Shown piece after piece: positions 53,584-64,000 of a stretch of DNA of 64,000 nucleotides. The stretch covers positions 15,946-79,945 of the forward strand of contig CAWGBN010000001.1 of NCBI GenBank assembly GCA_963820825.1. The letters run 5' to 3'. The notes under the pieces are model-generated. The model had not been told where the DNA came from, searched no databases, and saw only the letters and a program-made list of their open reading frames with translations. The first letter of the stretch is position 1. Each line of letters begins with the position of its first letter. The DNA comes from Vulcanimicrobiota bacterium. GTDB taxonomy: Bacteria; Vulcanimicrobiota; Vulcanimicrobiia; Vulcanimicrobiales; Vulcanimicrobiaceae. The translations under genes were made by a program, and so were the position numbers.

Positions 53584-53892
53584 TTAAGCTTTGAGTTCGA
53601 TGTCGACGCCGGCCGGTAGATCGAGGTGCATGAGCGCGTCCATCGTCTTGGGCGAAGCCTGCAGAATGTCGATCAAGCGCTTGTGCGTGCGCATCTCGAA
53701 GTGCTCGCGCGACTTTTTGTCGTTATTCGTGGAGCGCTGCACGCAGAACCGATTGATCTCGGTCGGCAGGGGGACCGGTCCGCTAACGAACGCACCCGTT
53801 CGCTTCGCCGTTTCGACGATGCGTTCGGCCGATTGGTCGAGGACCTTGTGATCGTACGCCTTCAAGCGTATCCGGATCATCTGCTTCGCCAT
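53584..53892 (-). CDS. rpsJ: 30S ribosomal protein S10
   Basis: [33 protein letters not shown]. Confidence 0.99.
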   Translation of the reverse strand: MAKQMIRIRLKAYDHKVLDQSAERIVETAKRTGAFVSGPVPLPTEINRFCVQRSTNNDKKSREHFEMRTHKRLIDILQASPKTMDALMHLDLPAGVDIELKA

Positions 53893-53908
53893 GTGGTTTG
53901 TGCTATCG

Positions 53909-55108
<1,200 letters not shown>

Positions 55109-55139
55109 CAGGTTCCTCTCAAGGTGCTAACGTAAGTCC

Positions 55140-55168
55140 ACGGATCCAGGCGTTCTTCGCGGCTCCGC
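55140..55168 (-). promoter_or_regulatory. Candidate cis-regulatory RNA hairpin in the tuf-rpsJ leader
   Basis: GCGGAGCCGCG-AAGAA-CGCCTGGATCCGT; 14 nt identical to the rplC leader. Confidence 0.6.
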
Positions 55169-55216
55169 CACCCTTACGCGGTAAACGCCCTCCCCGGGAG
55201 GGCGCTCGACCACGGA

Positions 55217-55246
55217 ATAGTATCAGGCGCGAGCCGCGCGTGTCAA
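55217..55246 (-). promoter_or_regulatory. Putative sigma70 promoter of tuf-rpsJ
   Basis: TTGACA-18 bp-TACTAT with extended TG. Confidence 0.8.
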
Positions 55247-55423
55247 CGCGCTGCCTTCGCTCGTCCGCCATGAAGGCCAAGGCGAAGTTTCTAACGCTCA
55301 CTTGCGCTCGGAGGCCTTATGCAAGCCCTCGACTTGGCGATATGATAGCTGCGAACCGCACGTGCAGGCCGCACGGGCCCCCGTTCGTGCGACACCCGGA
55401 GCTCAGAAGAAATGGAGCACTTC

Positions 55424-56470
55424 ATGAGAGCCTCGAAGCTTCTCACGCTTGCGAGCATAGCCCTTTGCGCCGTAACCCTTTTGAACGGCTGCAGCAAAGC
55501 CGGATCCCAGTTCGCCCCGACGACAGCGTCGGCTTCGGTCGAAGCGCGAGACCACCATCACGGCGGCGCACATCCGTCGACGTGCACACCCAAGCTTTGG
55601 GAATCCTTTCCAATAGCAGACGAAGTCTACGGATATGCGACTCCGAGTGCACCAGCCGCCTGCATCGTCCTCCACGGACCATATGCAAACCTCGTTCTCA
55701 ACTCTCCCGTCGGTCTTGCAATCGGCCACAGCCCCAATCGGCTCTATGTCGCAGATCTTCACAACAGCCGCATCGTCGTCTTCGACTACAGCGGCAACTA
55801 CGTCAAGTCGCTGAACACAATGCTGGGAGGCGTGTCCTACGAACCGTGGAGCGTCTGTGTGAGCAGCCTAGGCACGGTTGGGGTCGCGTCCGGTAACGTC
55901 GAGTTCTTTCCACCCAATGCCCCGAGCGGGAGCGGGCCCACCGGCGACGCGACCGGCGTGCTGGACGGCGCGCAGTGGTGCGCCTTCGACAGCGCCGGCA
56001 ACTTTTTCGTTGACGGCACTGCCGGTAGCGTCCGAAAAATCGCCTATTTAGCCAGCAGCTACGTTGGCTCACCCGCCCAAACGCTCGTCGACTCGGGGCT
56101 TGGAAGCGGCTCCTATTGGGTCGGCATGTATTCGCGAATCGACTCCCCCGCGGACCAGACGCTGAGCGTAGCTACTGCGGTCGGTAACAGCGTGACGCAA
56201 ACCGTCGATACCTGGAACGTGAGCGGATCGGCGACCGGCCCGCTCACCTTTACCCCGTGCCCCTGTTCGCCGTATACCTTCACGAACTACCCGAGTACGA
56301 CCGACCCCGTGTACCAGGTAGCGCCAAGCACCGGCGGGGCGAACGGCAAACTGTATATCGCAGACTTCGCTAAGGGAATCGTCCGCGGCCCTGCAAACGG
56401 CGGAAACGTGACACATAAACCAGGGTCATACGTGGTCGGAGTAGCGATTCGACCGACTGGGGAATACTAA
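55424..56470 (+). CDS. Lipoprotein with NHL/beta-propeller-like repeats, inserted between fusA and tuf
   Basis: Lipobox-like LNGC; PVGLAIG..RLYVADLHNSRIVVF, CAFDSAGNFFV, LYIADF. Confidence 0.8.
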   Translation: MRASKLLTLASIALCAVTLLNGCSKAGSQFAPTTASASVEARDHHHGGAHPSTCTPKLWESFPIADEVYGYATPSAPAACIVLHGPYANLVLNSPVGLAIGHSPNRLYVADLHNSRIVVFDYSGNYVKSLNTMLGGVSYEPWSVCVSSLGTVGVASGNVEFFPPNAPSGSGPTGDATGVLDGAQWCAFDSAGNFFVDGTAGSVRKIAYLASSYVGSPAQTLVDSGLGSGSYWVGMYSRIDSPADQTLSVATAVGNSVTQTVDTWNVSGSATGPLTFTPCPCSPYTFTNYPSTTDPVYQVAPSTGGANGKLYIADFAKGIVRGPANGGNVTHKPGSYVVGVAIRPTGEY

Positions 56471-56477
56471 ATACCAC

Positions 56478-56503
56478 GGCGGGCTCGCTACGGCGAGCTC
56501 GCC
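56478..56503. terminator. Hairpin between convergent fusA and the lipoprotein gene
   Basis: GGCGGGCTCGC-TACG-GCGAGCTCGCC. Confidence 0.65.
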
Positions 56504-56506
56504 ACT

Positions 56507-58603
56507 TTATGCCGGTGCGAGTTTCTTGCCGGCAGACTTCGCGACGATCTCTTCCTCGACGCTCTTTGGCGCCTTCTCGTAATGCGAGAACTCCATCGTG
56601 TACGTCGCACGCCCTTGCGTCGCCGAGCGCATGTCCGTCGCGTAGCCGAACATCTCCGAGAGCGGCACGTGCGCGGTAATAACCTGCGCGCCGCCGGGCG
56701 CCTCTTCGGTCGCGTGGATCGCTCCGCGCCGCCGGCTCAGGTCGCCGTTGATCGCGCCCATGTACTCTTTCGGAGTCGTTACCTCGACCTTCATGATCGG
56801 CTCGAGGAGCACGGGACCTGCCGCGCGATTGGCTTCCTTCCAGGCCATCGAGGCCGCGATCTTAAACGCCATCTCCGACGAGTCGACCTCGTGGTACGAA
56901 CCGTCGAACGCTACCGCCTTGAAGTCCATCACGGGAAAGCCAGCGAGTACGCCGCTCTGTGCCGATTCGCGGATGCCCTCTTGGACGGCTTTCTGATACT
57001 CCTTGGGAACCGCACCGCCGACGATCTTCCACTCGAAGACGAATCCGGTGCCCGGCGACTGCGGCTCGACGCGTATCCAAACGTCGCCGAACTGCCCCTT
57101 ACCGCCGGTCTGACGGATGAAGCGTCCTTCCTTTTCAACGCTCTTGGTGATCGCTTCTTTATACGCAACCTGTGGTTTGCCGACGTTGGCATCCACCTTG
57201 AACTCGCGCCGCAGACGGTCGAGAATGATCTCCAAGTGCAGCTCGCCCATGCCGGCGATGATCGTCTGCTGCGTCTCTTCATCGGTGCGCATCCGGAATG
57301 TCGGATCTTCTTGCGCGAGCCGTGCGAGTGCCAGCCCGAGCTTATCTTGATCGGCTTTACTCTTCGGCTCGATCGCCTGATGGATGACGGGCTCCGGAAA
57401 GGTGATCGATTCGAGCGCGATCGGTGCGCGCTCTTCGCAGAGCGTGTCGCCGGTGCGCGTATCGGAGAGACCGACCGCGGCCGCAATATCGCCGGCGCCG
57501 ATCGAGTCGATATCTTCGCGATGGTTGGCGTGCATGCGCAGAATCCGGCCGATTCGCTCCTTGCGGCCGGTCCGGGTGTTGAGCACGTAGCTGCCTTTTT
57601 TCAGCACCCCGGAGTAGGCGCGGAAGTAGGTCAAGTTTCCGTACGGATCGGTTGCGATCTTGAACGCCAGCGCGCAGAACGGTTCGCCGTCGTCGGCCTT
57701 GCGCATCAACTCGTCACCGCTCTTCGGATCCCGTCCGACGATCGGCTTGGCCTCGAGCGGTGAGGGCATGTATTCGACGATCGCATCGAGCAACGGCTGT
57801 ACGCCTTTGTTCTTAAATGCCGACCCGCAGAGCATCGGGAGAACCGTTCCTTCGATCGTCGCCTTGCGCAGCGCCGTCTTCATGCGGTCGATCGGCAGCT
57901 CTTTGCCCTCGAAGAACATCTCGAGCAACTCGTCGTCCTGTTCGGCGATCGCCTCGACGAGATTGCGCCGCCACTCCATCGCGAGATCGCGCAGCTCCCC
58001 GCCGACGTCTTCCTGCGCCATCGTCGAACCGAGCTCGTCGGTATAGACGGTCTTCTTCATCGTGAAGAGATCGACGACGCCTTGGAACTTGTCTTCGGCT
58101 CCGATCGGAACTTGAATCGGCACCGCACGGGCTCCGAGCCGTTCGTGAATCTTCTCGACGACGTTGAAGAAATCGGCTCCAACTCGATCCATCTTGTTGA
58201 CGAAGATGATCCGTGGGACTTTATATTTGTTCGCTTGGCGCCAAACCGTCTCGGACTGCGGCTGCACCGCGGCAACCGAATCGAAGAGCGCGACCAAGCC
58301 GTCGAGGACGCGCAGCGAGCGCTCGACTTCGACGGTAAAGTCGACGTGACCGGGGGTATCGATAATGTTGATCCGCGTGTCGCGCCAGGTCGTCGCGGTC
58401 GCGGCCGAGGTGATCGTGATGCCGCGCTCCTGCTCCTGGACCATCCAGTCCATCGTCGCGGCGCCGTCGTGCACTTCGCCCATCTTGTGCACGCGTCCGG
58501 TAAAGAAGAGGATGCGTTCCGTGCAGGTCGTCTTGCCGGCGTCGATGTGCGCGGCAATGCCGATATTCCTCGTGCGTTCGAGCGGATATTCCCTTATAGC
58601 CAT
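56507..58603 (-). CDS. fusA: Elongation factor G
   Basis: [41 protein letters not shown]. Confidence 0.99.
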   Translation of the reverse strand: MAIREYPLERTRNIGIAAHIDAGKTTCTERILFFTGRVHKMGEVHDGAATMDWMVQEQERGITITSAATATTWRDTRINIIDTPGHVDFTVEVERSLRVLDGLVALFDSVAAVQPQSETVWRQANKYKVPRIIFVNKMDRVGADFFNVVEKIHERLGARAVPIQVPIGAEDKFQGVVDLFTMKKTVYTDELGSTMAQEDVGGELRDLAMEWRRNLVEAIAEQDDELLEMFFEGKELPIDRMKTALRKATIEGTVLPMLCGSAFKNKGVQPLLDAIVEYMPSPLEAKPIVGRDPKSGDELMRKADDGEPFCALAFKIATDPYGNLTYFRAYSGVLKKGSYVLNTRTGRKERIGRILRMHANHREDIDSIGAGDIAAAVGLSDTRTGDTLCEERAPIALESITFPEPVIHQAIEPKSKADQDKLGLALARLAQEDPTFRMRTDEETQQTIIAGMGELHLEIILDRLRREFKVDANVGKPQVAYKEAITKSVEKEGRFIRQTGGKGQFGDVWIRVEPQSPGTGFVFEWKIVGGAVPKEYQKAVQEGIRESAQSGVLAGFPVMDFKAVAFDGSYHEVDSSEMAFKIAASMAWKEANRAAGPVLLEPIMKVEVTTPKEYMGAINGDLSRRRGAIHATEEAPGGAQVITAHVPLSEMFGYATDMRSATQGRATYTMEFSHYEKAPKSVEEEIVAKSAGKKLAPA

Positions 58604-58621
58604 GGTGTTAGTCTTGGATAG

Positions 58622-59092
58622 TTACCAGCGATAATGGGCGAAGGCTTTATTCGCTTCCGCCATTTTGTGCGTGTCTTCACGCTTCTTGATCGTCGCACCG
58701 GTATTGTTCGACGCGTCGAGCAGCTCCGCAGCGAGCTTCTCCTCCATCGAGCGGCCGCCGCGGGCACGAGCGAACCCGATGAGCCATCGCATCGCCATCG
58801 CCTGACGGCGGTCCGGACGGACCTCCATCGGCACCTGGTAGGTTGCGCCGCCAACGCGCCGGGGACGCACCTCGACCAGCGGCATCGCGTTGGAGAGTGC
58901 CTGCGAAAAGACTTCCATCGGATCGCGCCCGGTCTTCTCGGCGACGATCTCGAGCGCGCCGTACGTAATATGCTCCGCGGTCGACTTCTTGCCGCGCAGC
59001 ATCACTTTGTTGATGAAGCGCGCGAGCACTTTGGAGTTGAACTTCCCGTCGGGAAGAATTTGCCGCTTTGGAGCGGGACCTTTACGAGGCAA
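58622..59092 (-). CDS. rpsG: 30S ribosomal protein S7
   Basis: [29 protein letters not shown] start. Confidence 0.99.
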   Translation of the reverse strand: MPRKGPAPKRQILPDGKFNSKVLARFINKVMLRGKKSTAEHITYGALEIVAEKTGRDPMEVFSQALSNAMPLVEVRPRRVGGATYQVPMEVRPDRRQAMAMRWLIGFARARGGRSMEEKLAAELLDASNNTGATIKKREDTHKMAEANKAFAHYRW

Positions 59093-59121
59093 TCTAAGCG
59101 TTCCTTATAATTTCCGAAGGG

Positions 59122-59562
59122 TTACTTCTTCTTTTCGCGTTTGGCGCCGTACTTCGAGCGGCCTTGCTTGCGGTTCGCCGTGCCGGCCGTGTCGAGGGTA
59201 CCGCGGATGATGTGGTAGCGCACGCCGGGGAGATCCTTGACGCGTCCGCCGCGCACGAGGACGACCGAGTGCTCTTGCAGATTGTGACCGATCCCGGGAA
59301 TGTACGCCGTGACCTCTTCGCCGTTCGTTAGCCGGACGCGAGCGACTTTGCGCAGGGCCGAGTTCGGCTTCTTCGGCGTCACCGTCTTGACTTGCGTGCA
59401 GACGCCCCGCCGTTGCGGGTTGCCGGTCACCTCGAAGGTGCGCGTCGGCAAGTCGGGATGACCCGGCTTCGGACCGGTGAGAATCACGCGAAACGCGCGC
59501 GTCTTGACCTTCTGCTCGGTCTTCTCGCGCCCGCGGCGCACGAGTTGGTTGATTGTCGGAAT
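59122..59562 (-). CDS. rpsL: 30S ribosomal protein S12 (ATT start)
   Basis: ATT CCG ACA ATC AAC CAA CTC GTG CGC = (M)[30 protein letters not shown]. Confidence 0.98.
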   Translation of the reverse strand: MPTINQLVRRGREKTEQKVKTRAFRVILTGPKPGHPDLPTRTFEVTGNPQRRGVCTQVKTVTPKKPNSALRKVARVRLTNGEEVTAYIPGIGHNLQEHSVVLVRGGRVKDLPGVRYHIIRGTLDTAGTANRKQGRSKYGAKREKKK

Positions 59563-59634
59563 TAGCTTGGCTCCTCGTTTCGGGGCGGTCCCATCACAAA
59601 CAACGGCCTCACCCGCAGGTGGGACCGAGCCTCA

Positions 59635-59663
59635 ACTATACCAAGGCCCTATTTTGTCGTCAA
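59635..59663 (-). promoter_or_regulatory. Putative sigma70 promoter of rpsL-rpsG-fusA
   Basis: TTGACG-17 bp-TATAGT with extended TG. Confidence 0.8.
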
Positions 59664-59710
59664 ATCCCGGCGTGGGACGGACGCTCGCTTGCTCCGACGC
59701 CGCCGGCCGC

Positions 59711-60409
59711 TTACCTTACATAGACGCTGTCGAGGAACTTCCAGAGCGCGTCGCAGGCCGCTTGCGTGGCTGCCAGCACCTCGGCTTGCCTCTCGGGCGA
59801 GTCGGCGGCGCGCTCGATCAGCCCCCACTCCGCCGCCGAGTGCGCGACGTCGGCCTTCTCGTGCACGGCGAAGAACTCGACGTCCGCCGCATCCTCGATG
59901 CCGTAGAAGCGGCGCAAGCCGTCGATCTTGACCGCGGCGATCGCCGGGACTTGGGATTCGAAGGCGTGGAGCGCGGCGAGCCCGGCATAGTAGGCCCGGT
60001 TGCGGCAGAGATCGGTAAACGTTTCGATTAGCCGTTGGGTCGCCGCGTTGGGGGCGGTTGCGGCGAGATCGCTCTCCGTCATCCCGAGCGCTTGCGCGAA
60101 ACGCTTCCAGAGTGCCGGGTGATTCTTCGGTCCGTACTCTTCCTCGATCAAGTTCTGCAGAATGGTCTGCCGCGCGGTGAGGTCGCTGCGCCCGTCGCCG
60201 TTGAAGTGCGGGGTTCGCGAGTGGACCGCGCTCAGGTAGGTCGGCTCGGCCAGAACGTGGTGGAGATACTGCCCCGCGTATCCGCGGAGCTGATCCAGTG
60301 AGAGTTCGCCCTTCGTCCAGGCGACGTAAAATGGGTGCTTGAGCAGGTGGCGCTCCGCGATGACGGCGCCGACCTGCGATTCAAACGATGTTGGCGACAA
60401 GGTATTCAT
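59711..60409 (-). CDS. CADD family (PqqC/TenA-like, heme-oxygenase-like dimetal) protein, putative pABA synthase
   Basis: HPFYVAWTKGEL, NLIEEE..NHPALW, FESQVPAIAAVKIDGL, FFAVHEKADVAH. Confidence 0.88.
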   Translation of the reverse strand: MNTLSPTSFESQVGAVIAERHLLKHPFYVAWTKGELSLDQLRGYAGQYLHHVLAEPTYLSAVHSRTPHFNGDGRSDLTARQTILQNLIEEEYGPKNHPALWKRFAQALGMTESDLAATAPNAATQRLIETFTDLCRNRAYYAGLAALHAFESQVPAIAAVKIDGLRRFYGIEDAADVEFFAVHEKADVAHSAAEWGLIERAADSPERQAEVLAATQAACDALWKFLDSVYVR

Positions 60410-60420
60410 GGCGCGTCGGT

Positions 60421-60819
60421 TTACGAACTGCCTTGCGGACTCCTCGTCTCGCAGAACGGAGCGAGCTCCGCCGCAATCTCCTCGACCGTGAACCCGCGGT
60501 GACGAAGCGAATCGACGAACCGCACCGCCGCCTCGCGCAGACTGCGCATCCGCGCCCGCCGGTTGACCGGGACCTGTCCGGCGACGCGCGTGCCGCGTCT
60601 GCCGTCGCCGACGAGCCAGCCCTCCGATTGCAACTCGCCATAGGCCCGCGCGACGGTGTTGGGCGCGATGCCGAGATCGCCGGCAAGTTGGCGCACCGTG
60701 GGGAGTACCGTCTCGGGTGGAAGATCGCCGCGCTCGATCGCCGCCTGAATCTGCGCGATGACCTGCTGATAGGGCGGAGTCTCCAGGTCGGAGTTGACGA
60801 CGAGATATGGCGAAGTCAT
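60421..60819 (-). CDS. GntR family regulator (short, YtrA-like)
   Basis: PPYQQV, LPTVRQLAGDLGIAPNTVARAYGEL..GRRGTRV; 132 aa. Confidence 0.92.
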   Translation of the reverse strand: MTSPYLVVNSDLETPPYQQVIAQIQAAIERGDLPPETVLPTVRQLAGDLGIAPNTVARAYGELQSEGWLVGDGRRGTRVAGQVPVNRRARMRSLREAAVRFVDSLRHRGFTVEEIAAELAPFCETRSPQGSS

Positions 60820-61598
60820 GCCGGGTGCACTTCCTGCCACCGCAGACGCGCGTTCTCGAACAGAGCGACCATCGTGCACGCACTTGCGAGAAGCGGAATC
60901 CACTGCGCGTAACCAGCCGTGCTCGCCGAAGCGACTGCGCCGGCGAAGAGTCCCGCGATAACGCAACCGAGTACTACGATGGCGCGAGCGCGTCCGATTC
61001 TCAGCCGTTCGTCGACGGCGTACTCCCATTGCGGATCGATCCCGAGCAGCAGCGTCGGTGAGACGGCTATTCGCCATGCTATGAAGGCCATCGCGAGCAG
61101 ACTCAGCGAAACCGCAATACCTGCAGAGCGATCTCCCGTTGTGAGCGTGAGCGCGACGGTTACCAAAAACGAGCCCGAGAGGGCCCCGAGTACGGGCGCC
61201 GGGAGCGCAGTGAAGACCGATCGCGCAACGAGCGCCGCCGCGCGCGGCTTCCAGCGGCGACAAAAGAGCCCGTAGATGCCGAGCATGCCGAACGCTAACG
61301 CCACGGACATGGCTGCGAACGGCACGATGAAAGGAACTGCCGGGAAGAATTCGAGTGCGGCCAGCCCGAGTGCGATGCCCGCAAATGCGCGCGTATAAGC
61401 TGCCGGCACCGATTCGACTTCTTGGCGAGCCTCAATCACGCGTCGCAGGCGCACCTTCTCCATCCATGAGAGCCTCCCGGCGACGCGCGTGAAATATCCG
61501 GCGACCTCTCCGAAGAAGTTTCGCCAGTAGAGCGCTAGCGCTGCAACCCCGACCAGTCCGACGATCGCGAGGGCACGCATCATGCCGTCAATAGTCAT
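60816..61598 (-). CDS. Multi-TM membrane protein, paralogue 2
   Basis: About 6-7 TM helices; IAWRIAVSPTLLLGIDPQWEYAVDERLRIGRAR shared with the upstream gene. Confidence 0.8.
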   Translation of the reverse strand: MTIDGMMRALAIVGLVGVAALALYWRNFFGEVAGYFTRVAGRLSWMEKVRLRRVIEARQEVESVPAAYTRAFAGIALGLAALEFFPAVPFIVPFAAMSVALAFGMLGIYGLFCRRWKPRAAALVARSVFTALPAPVLGALSGSFLVTVALTLTTGDRSAGIAVSLSLLAMAFIAWRIAVSPTLLLGIDPQWEYAVDERLRIGRARAIVVLGCVIAGLFAGAVASASTAGYAQWIPLLASACTMVALFENARLRWQEVHPA

Positions 61599-61601
61599 AC
61601 C

Positions 61602-62411
61602 TTACGCAGGACGTATCTGCCGGCGCAGCGGAATGAGGCTCGCGGCGAGCGAGACGACGAAGGCGATTGAGACCACGGCGGTCGCAATAGATCCGAAGGT
61701 TGCGTATTCCGACGGAAGCGCCGGCGATGCGAGGATGATCAGCACGAACCCCGGCGCACAGGCAAGATTGGCGATGCTTCGCGCGCGACCGACTCGCACG
61801 CGCTCGTCGACCGCATACTCGAGCTGCGGATCGACGCCAAGCAGAATCGCCGGCGCGATCGCGACGCGCCAAGCGATGGCACCGAGGATGACCGTCGCAA
61901 TCGCGACGACGAGCGCACCGAATCGCTCGGGCGGATAGGCCGCGAGCGCGAGCGACGCGAGGAAACTGCAGACCATTGCGGCGATCACCAGCGGCGGCAG
62001 CGCGGCGAACGGCGAGCGGCGCACGAGCGGCGCTACGCGGCGTTGCGTCGCGCGACGAAACTGCAAATAGGCGAGCAGCATGATCGCCGCCGTCGCTAGG
62101 CAGAAGAGCGCATATGGAAGCACGTACGGAATCGGGCGCAGTGCTTCCAGGCCCGCCAATAGGATTGCAACGACGCCCAAAGAGCGTCCGTAAGCGCCTG
62201 AGAGGCCCTCGGCCTCCTCGCGCGCTTTCACCACTTGGTCGAGCCGGTCGCGTTCCGCCTCCGGCAGCGCACCTGCCCATCGCGTGAAGTATCCGGCAAC
62301 GCCAGCGAAGCATCTCGGCCAGACGAATGCCGCTACTCCGATGAGGGTCATGGCGACGGCCATGGACCAGCGAGTGACGATTTCGGCGTGCGCCGCATGT
62401 TCCGGAGTCAT
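61602..62411 (-). CDS. Multi-TM membrane protein, paralogue 1
   Basis: IAWRVAIAPAILLGVDPQLEYAVDERVRVGRAR; same layout as the downstream gene. Confidence 0.8.
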   Translation of the reverse strand: MTPEHAAHAEIVTRWSMAVAMTLIGVAAFVWPRCFAGVAGYFTRWAGALPEAERDRLDQVVKAREEAEGLSGAYGRSLGVVAILLAGLEALRPIPYVLPYALFCLATAAIMLLAYLQFRRATQRRVAPLVRRSPFAALPPLVIAAMVCSFLASLALAAYPPERFGALVVAIATVILGAIAWRVAIAPAILLGVDPQLEYAVDERVRVGRARSIANLACAPGFVLIILASPALPSEYATFGSIATAVVSIAFVVSLAASLIPLRRQIRPA

Positions 62412-62450
62412 TGTACCGATACCCTAATACAATTTGCCGCTTTGTGTCAA
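62410..62450 (-). promoter_or_regulatory. Promoter overlapped by a palindromic GntR/YtrA-type operator
   Basis: TTGACA-18 bp-TAGGGT; ATTGTA-N12-TACAAT at 62410-62433. Confidence 0.7.
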
Positions 62451-62525
62451 CCCCTTGGTGCAAAAGGCGGCGCCAGGTCTCTTCGGCGAAGGTTGACGCC
62501 GCGCGGAGCCGTATTTCGCGCGCCA

Positions 62526-63668
62526 ATGGCCGCTCAGGGTGACGTCTTTTCGGAGAGCCCGCGCCTGGGCGTGCTGGACGGCTTGCGCGGCATCGCGGTG
62601 CTGCTCGTTCTCTGGTACCACGTCTGGGAGATCTCGTGGCTCTCGCCGGGGCCGTGGCTGACCTTTCTTCCTGCGACCGGCTTCGTCGGCGTCCACCTCT
62701 TCTTCTTTCTGAGCGGATTCGTTATCGCATATCCATTCATCCAAGCCGCCGTCTATGCGCGTCCGGAGCCGACCTGGGGTCACTTCGCCTGGCGGCGATT
62801 CGTCAAGATCGTCCCGTCGTACGTGCTATCGATCGCAGTGGCGTACGCAATCGGATACGCGCAGATCCAGCCCTACGCATCGACGATCCCCGACGTGCTG
62901 ACGCACCTGCTCTTCATCCATACCTGGTTTCCTTACCGGTATGGGACCATCGACGGCGTGCTTTGGACGCTCGCCGTCGAGGTGGAGTTCTATTGCATCT
63001 TCCCGCTGATCTGGTGGTCGTTCAGACGGCAGCCGTGGCTGACCGCCGGCGTCATGATTGCGATCGCCTGGTGGTGGCGAGCGGCGATGGACGCCTGCTG
63101 CTATTCAACGCTCTTCGCGCAGTGGGAAGAGAACCTGCCAGGGTACCTCGACATCTTTGCCTTCGGCATGATCTCGGCGTACGTCTTCACCCGTTTCGGC
63201 AATCGCTGGCGCACCTCGCGCTTGCGCTACGCCGGGCCGGCCCTCGCGATCGTGGGTGTCGCATGCTGTGTCGCACTGCTCCAGGACCTCTACGCCTACC
63301 GGTTCTTCGATCAGTGGGCCGCGGTCTGGCAGATCGACAAGCGGCCGCTGCTCGGCGCGGCATTCGCCGCGATCGCGCTGGGATGGCTCGTCAGCCCGCG
63401 CTGGTGGCAGGCACTGCTCGACAACGTGGTGCTGCGGTTCATGGCCGCGATCTCGTATAATCTCTACCTGTACCACCAGCTGATCGCTCGGGAACTCCTA
63501 TGGCACCACGTCCCGCCGTCTACCGGCGATCCGCATTACGATCAAGAGTGGCAGATGAGCTATACGGAGGCCGCTTTTGCGATAACCATCGCGCAAGCGG
63601 CCCTAGTAACGTATTGCTTTGAACGCCCGTTGCTGCGGCTAAAGCCGCCGCAAGTCCGGCGCTCTTAG
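62526..63668 (+). CDS. Acyltransferase family 3 (OafA-like) membrane protein
   Basis: LDGLRGIAVLLV..H, GVHLFFFLSGFVI, WTLAVEVEFY, ISYNLYLYH, FERP. Confidence 0.93.
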   Translation: MAAQGDVFSESPRLGVLDGLRGIAVLLVLWYHVWEISWLSPGPWLTFLPATGFVGVHLFFFLSGFVIAYPFIQAAVYARPEPTWGHFAWRRFVKIVPSYVLSIAVAYAIGYAQIQPYASTIPDVLTHLLFIHTWFPYRYGTIDGVLWTLAVEVEFYCIFPLIWWSFRRQPWLTAGVMIAIAWWWRAAMDACCYSTLFAQWEENLPGYLDIFAFGMISAYVFTRFGNRWRTSRLRYAGPALAIVGVACCVALLQDLYAYRFFDQWAAVWQIDKRPLLGAAFAAIALGWLVSPRWWQALLDNVVLRFMAAISYNLYLYHQLIARELLWHHVPPSTGDPHYDQEWQMSYTEAAFAITIAQAALVTYCFERPLLRLKPPQVRRS

Positions 63669-64000
63669 GTCAGCATCGACTTGAAGACGCTCTCCGTGAT
63701 CGAGGCAACACCCGGTACGCGGACTTCCTTACCCTGGAAGCCCGATATGAACGTCCAGACCCAGACGATGAGTCCGGAGAATCCAAAGTATCGCGGAAGA
63801 GCAGCCAGACAAGTGGAATGAAGCTGAATAACGAACGAGAGGACGAAGTACAAGCACCCAGATCGTGATCGATTGAGCCGCCGCCCACTTCACGAAGCGA
63901 TTCGTGCCGCCGCCGACGAGCATTACGATGCCGCCGAACAGACAGAAGAGATAGGCGAGTCCCGCCGCAACGTTCTGATCGAGTCCGAACGGCGTATCTT
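63665..64000 (-). pseudogene. Small membrane protein (DUF4870-like), 5' end outside the window, with several apparent frameshifts
   Basis: GLDQNVAAGLAYLF..FVKWAAAQSI / YFVLSFV / SFIPLVWLLF / ILWIL / GLIVWVW..GFQGKEVRVPGV spread over three frames. Confidence 0.6.

Overview
GC-rich bacterial chromosomal segment, mostly on the minus strand. Gene content (copper-amine-oxidase-N 'stalk' proteins, beta-propeller-like lipoproteins, an HTH-NTPase-TPR regulator) is suggestive of Vulcanimicrobiota/Eremiobacterota; this is inference only. The left third is housekeeping: ruvX, recO, a CorC-family gene, dgkA, ybeY, phoH, floA, nfeD, yqeY, rpsU, HIT, two glycosyltransferases, pyrG, prmC, prfA, rpmE, leuCD and metY. 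A small accessory island sits at 22-26 kb. Bases 27-59.6 kb hold the str/S10/spc/alpha ribosomal supercluster. It lacks rpmD and is broken at three normally contiguous junctions (fusA|tuf, rpsJ|rplC, rpsM|rpsK), with a sigma70-like promoter at each restart. The right end has a GntR/YtrA-type operon ending in a CADD-like gene. Best leads: (1) a shared hairpin with an identical 14-nt core in the tuf-rpsJ and rplC leaders; (2) a divergent pair of an intact HIT hydrolase and a triad-less paralogue; (3) apparent ATT/CTG start codons in rpsL, prfA, recO and a GT2 gene; (4) tandem surface-protein paralogues with a 554-bp identical 5' block and divergent 3' halves; (5) several palindromic REP/MITE-like elements at operon junctions. 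Four genes carry apparent small frameshifts that are probably sequencing errors. No rRNA, tRNA, CRISPR array or transposase was seen.
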